Source: Minisyncoccota bacterium
Lineage (GTDB): Bacteria > Patescibacteriota > Minisyncoccia > UBA6257 > 02-FULL-45-10c
Length of the DNA stretch: 64,000 nucleotides
Assembly (NCBI GenBank): GCA_036517155.1
Contig: DATDXY010000001.1
Coordinates: 6,510-70,509, forward strand
Direction: 5' to 3'
The position numbers and the translations under genes are program-made. Under the pieces are notes generated by a model. It was not told the DNA's origin. It did no database searches and saw only the letters and a list, made by a program, of their open reading frames with translations. Below are positions 1 to 7,687 of this stretch, piece by piece. How positions within the stretch are numbered: the stretch's first letter is position 1; each line of letters starts with the position of its first letter.

Positions 1-691
1 CTAATTCTTTTTTCCCGCCTAACGCCATTTGGACGTCTTTTAATGTAATCGCGCGGTTGTCTCGCAAGGCATCTTCCAACTTCGCGCCTTTTTTTAATTT
101 ATAAACGAAATCCGTCAGGGATTTTTTCGATCCCGCCGGCGCCGGACGGGCCACGATTTGTAACGCCGCCCCTTCGCCCTCTCGTTCTAATTTGGCAAAA
201 TTACTTAGGATGGAAGAAAAGGTATCAATACTAGTTTCCTCAAAAGTACGAATGGGCAAAACAAAATTAAATTTTTCTTTTAAAAATGCTCCATCACTGG
301 CGCCGTAAGGATTAAAAATCGTGTAATCTTCCACCAAATCCACCGAAGCATCGTTCCATAAACCCTGAATTTGGCGAATGGTAAAATCCACCGTATCTTC
401 CGGAACACTGGCATAAAAATGAATTTCCTCGCCGCTATTATGAACGGCAACTTCAAAAACAAACGGCGCGTTTAAACTTCCTAACGCGCTCAATAATTGC
501 GACGTATAATGAATTTCTTTCAGCCCTTCTTCCCGCGATGCCGGCGGCGGACGCTGGGGCAATTTGATTAACAGTACCCGCAATCGCAAGGTGCTTAATA
601 TATATTTCCGACGGATTTCCCAGACTACAAACACAGTGGCCACCGCCACTATAATTCCGAGAACAAAATAACCAACGACAAAAAAATCCAT
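1..691 (-). CDS. Membrane-anchored hypothetical protein, N-terminal ~230 aa only (C-terminus off the window edge). Not in the ORF track because it runs off the edge.
   Basis: Own translation from ATG at 689-691 (minus): MDFFVVGYFVLGIIVAVATVFVVWEIRRKYILSTLRLRVLLIKLPQ..., one N-terminal TM helix then a soluble region. Open to position 1 with no stop. Ends 7 nt downstream of the next gene's stop. Confidence 0.5.
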   Translation of the reverse strand, partial: MDFFVVGYFVLGIIVAVATVFVVWEIRRKYILSTLRLRVLLIKLPQRPPPASREEGLKEIHYTSQLLSALGSLNAPFVFEVAVHNSGEEIHFYASVPEDTVDFTIRQIQGLWNDASVDLVEDYTIFNPYGASDGAFLKEKFNFVLPIRTFEETSIDTFSSILSNFAKLEREGEGAALQIVARPAPAGSKKSLTDFVYKLKKGAKLEDALRDNRAITLKDVQMALGGKKEL

Positions 692-697
692 TTTTTG

Positions 698-1120
698 TTA
701 AATTAATTTCCGCGCTCGTAATTCCTGATAAATCTTGGTGGTTAGCGCATCGTGCAACGCGTCCACCATAAATGGACCTTGTTTTGCCGCTGCTTGAATG
801 GAAAGTAAGATGCCCTTATGCAATGCCAGATCTATCAATCCCGCCACTTTTTCTTGAACTGCCGGATCGGTTTTTTGCACATAGTCCGGCAAAATGCGAT
901 TAACTGGCGAAGATTGCGCTGGTTCGCTTGGAGTTACCTGTGTTACGGAAGGATGTTGGATATATCCTTTCAAAACTTCCCGAACGGAAGATTGATCGGT
1001 TTTTTCCACCCCCCTCTGAGTTTGATATTCTTTTATTTCCCGCGCCAAGTGCTCTAAATTTTTTTCAAAATTCATATACAAAACCCATTTGTATAAGTAT
1101 AACCTATGGATTAACGCCAT
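698..1120 (-). CDS. Hypothetical alpha-helical protein; alternative start MNFEKN at 1075.
   Basis: 140-aa ORF with no recognisable motifs, tightly linked to flanking minus-strand genes. Confidence 0.4.
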   Translation of the reverse strand: MALIHRLYLYKWVLYMNFEKNLEHLAREIKEYQTQRGVEKTDQSSVREVLKGYIQHPSVTQVTPSEPAQSSPVNRILPDYVQKTDPAVQEKVAGLIDLALHKGILLSIQAAAKQGPFMVDALHDALTTKIYQELRARKLI

Positions 1121-1177
1121 GCCACAAAAAGAAAGGCCCCCTTGTGCAGGAGGCCTATCAATAGAACTTGAGAACTT

Positions 1178-1591
1178 TTATTTTTTGCAGAGTTCAGCTT
1201 TGCAGAGGTCAGCGACGAATTGTTCAAAAGCTATATAACTTTTCTGAAAATTCGGAACGCTGTGTTTTTCGGCAAAAGCGATAGGATCAAAATTCAAATC
1301 GCCGCCGATGGAATTACACGCGATAGGTATAGCGGGATTCTGCTCCCGTACCCATTCCAACAGTCCGGATTCCAAAGCGCGCTCGGGTTTTTCACCGAGA
1401 ACCACCAGATTATTATCCAGGACAACCGCCGAGTATTCGGAACCGTTTTTTCCGAATCGCGTTTTGAACTCTCCGATTGATCTTACAAAAACCAGATCAA
1501 TCGCATTTCCATGCGCATCCCGAAGATCCCGAACGAAACGCTGAAAATGCTTGTATGAAGAAACCTCATCTTCCAACATGAGAATTTTCAT
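1178..1591 (-). CDS. Stand-alone response-regulator receiver (CheY-like REC) domain protein.
   Basis: MKILMLEDE N-terminus, acidic pocket and ...VVLDNNL phospho-acceptor Asp region. Strong SD AAGGAGGAG 5 nt upstream of the ATG. Confidence 0.6.
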   Translation of the reverse strand: MKILMLEDEVSSYKHFQRFVRDLRDAHGNAIDLVFVRSIGEFKTRFGKNGSEYSAVVLDNNLVVLGEKPERALESGLLEWVREQNPAIPIACNSIGGDLNFDPIAFAEKHSVPNFQKSYIAFEQFVADLCKAELCKK

Positions 1592-1619
1592 ATAACTCCT
1601 CCTTAATGTGAAATAACAA

Positions 1620-1648
1620 ACTTTACACTATTATATAATATAATTAAT
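1620..1648 (-). promoter_or_regulatory. Sigma-70-like promoter for the REC gene: TTGACT, 17-nt spacer, TATAAT.
   Basis: Reverse complement of 1620-1648 reads TTGACT-ttttattaattatatta-TATAAT, about 30 nt upstream of the SD and ATG. Confidence 0.45.
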
Positions 1649-1668
1649 AAAAAGTCAAATAAAGCACA

Positions 1669-2871
1669 TTACAAACGAACCAATTCCGGCAGCCAGATAT
1701 TTTTGACCGAATTAAACTGGGAACGATCCACTTCTGCCACCGCTTTGCCTTCTGGAATTTTTTCCGTAAATGGATTGATAAAACTGCCGAACTTATGCAT
1801 TTCGTAATGCAAATGCGGTCCGGTGGAAAGCCCGGTAGAACCTACGTAGCCCACTACTTGCCCCTGGGTTACTTTTGCTCCTCTTTTAATTCCTTTCGCC
1901 AAGCTGGAAAAATGACCATAGACCGTTGAGTAAGTTTCGTTATGGCGAACCGTTACGGAAAGGCCGTAATCGCCATTCCAACCCGCTTGCGATATCGTGC
2001 CATCACCCACACTCACGGCCGGCGTGCCCGTGTTGGCCGCATAATCAATCCCCCGATGCGCCGTATATTTATTTAAAATCGGATTAAATCGCCGCGTCGT
2101 ATAGCCGGAACTGATATATTTATATTGCAGCGGAGATTTTAAAAATACTTTTTGCAGAGACTTGCCGTTTTCATCATAATATCCGGCTTCGGTGGTTTCA
2201 CCCTGAAAATAAAATCCTTGATAAACTTCGCCATTATTAGTAAATGCGGCGGTGATTATTTTCCCGGGCATAGCGTATTCGCCGTCCCGATAGCGCTTTT
2301 CGTAAATCACTTTAAAACTGTCCCCTTTTTGAATTTCTCCGGCAAAATCAATCTGCCACGCAAACACTTCCGCCAGTTCAATCGCCAGTCGTTCGTCAAT
2401 TTGCTGGTCCACCATGGTTTGGTAAAGGGATTTTTCAATCACGCCGGTGACGCTGGACCGTTCCACTTTATATTCAATCGGAATTTTCTCCGCCAGCCAG
2501 GAAGATGAAGACGTTTCGGACGCAATTACTAGCTGCTCTTCGGTATTAATATCGTATCGCAAACCCTTGAAGTTTTGGCTAGTTGAGTCAAAAATCAAAT
2601 CCAAAGTTTTTCCGGCTTTAATAGTCGCTACGTCATACACTGGTAAAGCGGCGGCTAAAAGCGCTTCGGTAGTATTAGTCGCAATACCCGATGCCCGAAG
2701 CAATGCGCTGAAAGTTGCTCCAGACGGAATTTCTTTTTTTACAATAGTGTCCGAAGGAACGACCTTATTACCCCCAAAGGACAGTTTTGGTTCTGATTCT
2801 ATAAACAATAAAATCCCAATAATCGCAATTAAAGCTATGCCGCTTACAAGCCATTTAGTGCTATAGGCCAT
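1669..2871 (-). CDS. Peptidoglycan DD-metalloendopeptidase, M23 family (LytM domain), membrane anchored.
   Basis: N-terminal TM helix. C-terminal HRGIDYAANTGTPAVSVGDG ... GHLHYEM zinc-binding M23 signature. Confidence 0.8.
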   Translation of the reverse strand: MAYSTKWLVSGIALIAIIGILLFIESEPKLSFGGNKVVPSDTIVKKEIPSGATFSALLRASGIATNTTEALLAAALPVYDVATIKAGKTLDLIFDSTSQNFKGLRYDINTEEQLVIASETSSSSWLAEKIPIEYKVERSSVTGVIEKSLYQTMVDQQIDERLAIELAEVFAWQIDFAGEIQKGDSFKVIYEKRYRDGEYAMPGKIITAAFTNNGEVYQGFYFQGETTEAGYYDENGKSLQKVFLKSPLQYKYISSGYTTRRFNPILNKYTAHRGIDYAANTGTPAVSVGDGTISQAGWNGDYGLSVTVRHNETYSTVYGHFSSLAKGIKRGAKVTQGQVVGYVGSTGLSTGPHLHYEMHKFGSFINPFTEKIPEGKAVAEVDRSQFNSVKNIWLPELVRL

Positions 2872-2924
2872 AAAAAAATCCCTCTGTCGGGACTATTTTA
2901 GCAAGTATAGCATATAATAAAAGA

Positions 2925-4301
2925 ATGGTCTTTTGGTCGGAAAAGAAAATCCTTTGGGGAATAATCGGTCTGTATATCCTTATATTTGGAGTTACTACGG
3001 CAATCCGGCAGTATCATTTTCAAACTCAGGCGTGGGATATGGGTATCTTTACCCAAATTTTCTGGAACGCCGCTCATGGCAACGGTTTTACCGGCACTTT
3101 GGAAGAAATTCCAAACCATTTTGGTATTCACTTCAGCCCGTTTTTTTATATCTTGCTTCCCTTCTATGCGCTTTTCCCCAGAGCGTATACATTACTCTGG
3201 CTACAAACCATAGCGCTCGGCCTCGGCGCATGGCCGTTGTATGCATTGGCTAAAAAAATTCTCCAGGACCAGCGCTGGGCGATTATTATTACCGTTGGCT
3301 ATCTTTTATATCCCTCGCTGCATTGGATTAATTTTTTTGATTTTCACGAAATCGCTTTTTTTATTCCCCTTTTTATTACTGCTCTTTATTTTCTAGAAAC
3401 TGCCCAATGGCAATGGATGTCGCTTTTTTTACTCCTCGCCGCAATGACCCGGGAAGATGCGTCGGTGTTTATATTTTTTGCGGGAATATACGCTTTATTG
3501 AAACGCCAAAAAAAAGCCGGTATCGGTATTCTGATTTTTTCGGCCATTTATTTTCTCATATCCGCCAAAATGATTATGCCAGCATTAGGCGGCGGACTCT
3601 TGCGCTTGGACCGTTACGGCCAATTCGGCTCCACTGCGTCGGAAATTATTAAAAATATCCTTACTCGGCCAAGTTTATTATGGACAACTGTCGTGACTGC
3701 GGAAAAATTCCAATATCTGCTTTGGTCGTTTTTACCCGTTGCTTTTCTGCCGTTTTTTTCCCGATTCGCATTTCTCTTGCTTGCTCCCGGATTATTGGAA
3801 AATCTTCTGACTCGCTACGGATCCCAATTCAGCGGCTTATACCAATATGATGCAGTGCTGATCCCGGGAGTTTTTATCGGGGCCATGTATGGTATTTATT
3901 ATTTACAAAAATATCCGAAACAGTATCTGCAATATCTAATAATTGGAACAATAATCACGGGTTATTTATTGCGCTCTCCCCTGAATCCGATTTCTTTTCC
4001 GCTGGAAATTTTCCAATCCAATCCAAAATGGGACTCCTACCGGACTATACTGCAATTCATACCGGCTCAGGCGAGCGTTGCTGCGCATACCAATTTCGTT
4101 CCTCATCTGGCGCAGAGAAAAAATATTTTTATGCTTGGCCAGGAAACCCTAGAACCGGATTATCTCCTCATCGATGCCACGGATGCATTTGGGTTCAAAA
4201 ATGAAGTGGAGTTTAATGCGTATTTTGACCGTTACGCCGAATCCGGGCTGTATGAAATAAAAGTATTTGAAGGAAAATACCTCTTGCTTGGAAAAAAATA
4301 A
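2925..4301 (+). CDS. Polytopic membrane protein, DUF2079-like (GT-C-like fold family).
   Basis: 458 aa with more than 10 predicted TM helices. N-terminus HFQTQAWDMGIFTQIFWN resembles DUF2079 proteins. Confidence 0.5.
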   Translation: MVFWSEKKILWGIIGLYILIFGVTTAIRQYHFQTQAWDMGIFTQIFWNAAHGNGFTGTLEEIPNHFGIHFSPFFYILLPFYALFPRAYTLLWLQTIALGLGAWPLYALAKKILQDQRWAIIITVGYLLYPSLHWINFFDFHEIAFFIPLFITALYFLETAQWQWMSLFLLLAAMTREDASVFIFFAGIYALLKRQKKAGIGILIFSAIYFLISAKMIMPALGGGLLRLDRYGQFGSTASEIIKNILTRPSLLWTTVVTAEKFQYLLWSFLPVAFLPFFSRFAFLLLAPGLLENLLTRYGSQFSGLYQYDAVLIPGVFIGAMYGIYYLQKYPKQYLQYLIIGTIITGYLLRSPLNPISFPLEIFQSNPKWDSYRTILQFIPAQASVAAHTNFVPHLAQRKNIFMLGQETLEPDYLLIDATDAFGFKNEVEFNAYFDRYAESGLYEIKVFEGKYLLLGKK

Positions 4302-4317
4302 ATTCTTCCGTAATAAC

Positions 4318-4341
4318 AAAGCTCCCCATCTGGGGAGCTTT
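4318..4341. terminator. Bidirectional intrinsic terminator hairpin between convergent genes.
   Basis: aaaGCTCCCCAtcTGGGGAGCttt: perfect 8-bp GC-rich stem flanked by A/T runs on both strands. Confidence 0.6.
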
Positions 4342-4353
4342 GCGTTTATAGGC

Positions 4354-4569
4354 TTATCTGCCAAATCCTCCTCGGTTTCCACCGCTGCGGAAGCTTGGGC
4401 GACGCTTTTTATTGCAATCGTAGCAATACAAGCGACCATAAGTTCCGTCTTCCCGTTTTGTCGGTTCGAACGGCAACTCTTTGATGGCTGCGCCACATTC
4501 CGTGCAGGTTAAATTTAACGCTGACACATCATGCAATTGGCGCTGTCCGCCACCGAAATTTCTGTCCAT
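4354..4569 (-). CDS. Small C4 zinc-ribbon protein with a Gly/Arg-rich (RGG-like) C-terminal tail.
   Basis: CTECG...x19...CYDCNKK followed by RRPSFRSGGNRGGFGR. Confidence 0.45.
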   Translation of the reverse strand: MDRNFGGGQRQLHDVSALNLTCTECGAAIKELPFEPTKREDGTYGRLYCYDCNKKRRPSFRSGGNRGGFGR

Positions 4570-4765
4570 TTCGCCTTAACTCAATTATAAATATCGTGTT
4601 AGGCGAACGACATCTAATAGATTACTTAATTGAAACTCTACTTATCGCCTTTTTACGATAAAAACAGTATAGCAGATTACCCAGAAAAAGTCAAAGCGCT
4701 CAGAGAAATCAATTTCTCTTGGTTTTCTCTCCATAAGTTTTGTTCGAATTGGTATACTATATATA

Positions 4766-5989
4766 ATGCATTTATCTATGACTCGCGGCTTTACTCTTTT
4801 GGAACTTCTGATCGTTATTGGCATTATTGCAATTCTTGGCATTGCTTCAGTTTTACTTCTTAACCCGGCGGAGTTATTTTCCCAAAGCCGAGATTCGGTC
4901 CGTATTGCGGAAAACAAACAACTAGATTCTGCCGTTGCTTTGTACAGAACAAGCGCGCAAGCAAATCTTGGTAATTTAAATACAATTTATATTTCCCTAC
5001 CCGATACCTCATCTACTTGCGCCAATTTATTAAATACCCTACCCACATTACCTTCAGGCTGGTCTTATCATTGCGCTTCTTCGGAAAATTATCGAAGAAT
5101 TGATGGCACTGGTTGGTTACCATTAGATTTTACAGCTACGAGTCTTATTCCCTTTTCTACCCTGCCAATTGATTCAGTCAATACGACAACAAATAATTTA
5201 TATTACTCCTACATCAATAATGGAGAACATTGGGTTATTACTTCAAAATTGCAATCCGCAAAATATCTGAAAGAAAATGCTTGGCCAGACGGCGGCGATG
5301 ACTCCACTCGATTCGAAACTGGCACCGATGCCAATCTTTGGTCCCAAGCCAGCGGCCTAATCGGTTATTGGAAATATAACGCTAACGCGCTTGATGCGTC
5401 TGGAAATAATATTAACGGAACATTAGTGCCACCGTCTGGCGGTGTTTATTCCGATACTGGAAAATCCAATCAGGGTTATCATTTTGTCGGTACTGGCGGG
5501 CATATTAATTTTGGATCGCCAGCCATTGCCCAACTCACCGGACCAATAACAATCATGACTTGGGCGAATCTGGATGTCGACCCGCCGCTTGTGGAGCGAT
5601 ATATTTTCGATAAATCCAGCGTGACAAGCAAAGGATGGGGCCTTTCCATACAACCCGGTCCATTTGCCAGATTTCGCATTTCTTCCGATGGCACTAATAA
5701 CATTACCGCTACCACGGGCGCAATTCCGATTACTCAATGGATTCATATCGCCGGCGTATACGAACCAAACACCGCCATCCGCGTATACGTGAACGGGGTT
5801 TTGTCTGCGAATAATACTACTGCCATACCGGCAAGCCAATTTAATAACGTGGCTTCCAACCTTATCGCCGGTTACGAACCCGGATGCGGCAGTTGTTATT
5901 ATTACCGAGGTATTTCGGATGAAGTGCGTCTTTATAATCGCGCGGTCACTGCTACAGAAATCCAAGCCTTATACGAAGCAGAAAAATAA
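4766..5989 (+). CDS. Type IV pilin-like protein (prepilin N-terminal methylation motif) fused to a LamG/concanavalin-A-like lectin domain.
   Basis: MTRGFTLLELLIVIGIIAILG class III signal with Glu+5. C-terminal LamG hallmarks: GYWKYNANALDASGNN..., ...RVYVNGVL..., DEVRLYNRAVTATEIQALY. Confidence 0.8.
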   Translation: MHLSMTRGFTLLELLIVIGIIAILGIASVLLLNPAELFSQSRDSVRIAENKQLDSAVALYRTSAQANLGNLNTIYISLPDTSSTCANLLNTLPTLPSGWSYHCASSENYRRIDGTGWLPLDFTATSLIPFSTLPIDSVNTTTNNLYYSYINNGEHWVITSKLQSAKYLKENAWPDGGDDSTRFETGTDANLWSQASGLIGYWKYNANALDASGNNINGTLVPPSGGVYSDTGKSNQGYHFVGTGGHINFGSPAIAQLTGPITIMTWANLDVDPPLVERYIFDKSSVTSKGWGLSIQPGPFARFRISSDGTNNITATTGAIPITQWIHIAGVYEPNTAIRVYVNGVLSANNTTAIPASQFNNVASNLIAGYEPGCGSCYYYRGISDEVRLYNRAVTATEIQALYEAEK

Positions 5990-5993
5990 GTTC

Positions 5994-7625
5994 TTAAGAT
6001 TTTACTAAATGATCAAAAGAATATTGTAAGTTCCCATTCACTTTTTTACCTGGATTAAAAATATTTTGGGGATCAAAAATTTTTTTGGTTTCTTCAAACA
6101 TCAGGTAAATTTTTTCGCCATACATCTTTTCCAAATATGGCGTGCGAATCAAACCGTCATTGTGCTCGGCGGTAATGGAACCCTTATATTCCACCACGAG
6201 ATCATATACTTCATGGGAAAGCCGATCAATAATATCTCGCGTATCCGACTTACTCACATCCATCAGCGGAATAATATGGAAATTCGCATCTCCCACGTGG
6301 CCGGCAATGGTATAGATTAAATTGTATTTGTCCAAAATAGAATTTAACCGAGGCAGAAATTCCGGTAATTGTTCCACATGAACCGCAAAATCGTCAATAA
6401 ACGGCGCCGTTCTTTTCCCTTTAATGTGTTGACGTAACAAATTGAAGCTTTCCCGTCGAATAGTCCAATATTTTTTTGCCTCATCCGGATCCGCTACCAC
6501 CCGAAAGGGCACGTGTAATTGTTCCAACTTGGATTGCAACTTTTTCAGACGATGAGCAATTTCAAAATCTTCATCGCCGGTAAACTCCGCTAATAATACT
6601 AATTTCGGCAAACCGCCGGTTAATACCATTTTCATTTCCGGAATAAAATCCCACGCCATTTTCAAAAGATTTTTTGGCTTCAGCACTTTTAATAAACTAG
6701 GCAAGAACCGCAACGCCAATTTCAGGGTATGATCATCATACGATTCAAAACTTTCTGGTTTGAATTCCATCACCGCTTGGGCAACGGGCACCAACGGTTT
6801 CAAATCTTTCAAAAAAATTACCACCATTTGGGAATGCAATTTGGGCCGAATCAAATGGAATTTAATTTCCGTGACTAATCCCAGCGTTCCTTGGGATCCA
6901 ACTAACAATTTAGTGAGATCAAAACGTTCGCCATCCCACACGTTCCATAAATAATAACCGGCGGAATTTTTGGATACGTTGGGTTTAGCGCTCTTTAACA
7001 GGGCCTGATTTTTACTGATTAACTGATACAGTTTTTTATAAATCCCGCCTTCAAAACTTTTTTCTTTGATTTTTTTGTCTAATTCTTTTTTAGAAAGCGC
7101 CTTAATGCTATATTCATTGCCATCGCTCCAAACCATTTTTAATTCCTCAACATAATTTTCTGTTTTGCCGTAAGCCAACGTTTTTTCCCCACCAGAATTA
7201 TTGGAAACCATTCCACCGACCGTGCAAATTTCCCGCGAAGCCGGATAACTGGGCATCAATAATTTCCGCTTCAGTGATTCTTTTTCAAAATCCCGATAAA
7301 ACACCCCGGGTTGCGCTACTCCGTAATCCGTCCCAAATCCGCGGATTCGATTAAAATGCTTGGTAAAATCCACCACGATGGATTCCGTGAGCGGGCCGCC
7401 GGTCATATCCGTTCCTCCGGAACGCGCGGTGAGAGATAATTCCGGATGCTGTTTTTTCTGCGCGCTGACAAACTTAACCAACTGTTTTACGTCTTCAACG
7501 TCTCGCGGTGCCACTGCGGCGGACGGCATCACTTCAAATAAACTGGCATCGTGGCTATAAATTTTCAACGCTGTTGCGTCGGTAAGTATTTCTCCTCGAA
7601 AATTTTTTTTCAGTTCATCCAACAT
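5994..7625 (-). CDS. FAD-linked oxidoreductase, GlcD / D-lactate dehydrogenase family.
   Basis: N-terminal FAD_binding_4-like region (AVAPRDVEDVKQLVKFV...ARSGGTDMTGG) and FAD-oxidase C-terminal region. Confidence 0.7.
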   Translation of the reverse strand: MLDELKKNFRGEILTDATALKIYSHDASLFEVMPSAAVAPRDVEDVKQLVKFVSAQKKQHPELSLTARSGGTDMTGGPLTESIVVDFTKHFNRIRGFGTDYGVAQPGVFYRDFEKESLKRKLLMPSYPASREICTVGGMVSNNSGGEKTLAYGKTENYVEELKMVWSDGNEYSIKALSKKELDKKIKEKSFEGGIYKKLYQLISKNQALLKSAKPNVSKNSAGYYLWNVWDGERFDLTKLLVGSQGTLGLVTEIKFHLIRPKLHSQMVVIFLKDLKPLVPVAQAVMEFKPESFESYDDHTLKLALRFLPSLLKVLKPKNLLKMAWDFIPEMKMVLTGGLPKLVLLAEFTGDEDFEIAHRLKKLQSKLEQLHVPFRVVADPDEAKKYWTIRRESFNLLRQHIKGKRTAPFIDDFAVHVEQLPEFLPRLNSILDKYNLIYTIAGHVGDANFHIIPLMDVSKSDTRDIIDRLSHEVYDLVVEYKGSITAEHNDGLIRTPYLEKMYGEKIYLMFEETKKIFDPQNIFNPGKKVNGNLQYSFDHLVKS

Positions 7626-7687
7626 ATTGTTTAATTATAACAAGAAATAAAAAAGGCGGTAGTTGATACCGACTTTTTTATTTATTT

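Noticed and set aside
5423-5965. Opposite-strand ORFs nested inside confident genes (for example 5423..5965, 26128..26544, 48192..48872, 29591..30063, 42298..42692).
   Set aside because: They lie fully within well-supported genes on the other strand (pilin-LamG, ppsA, ftsZ, Cu-ATPase and others). They have low-complexity translations and no start or SD context, so they are shadow ORFs.
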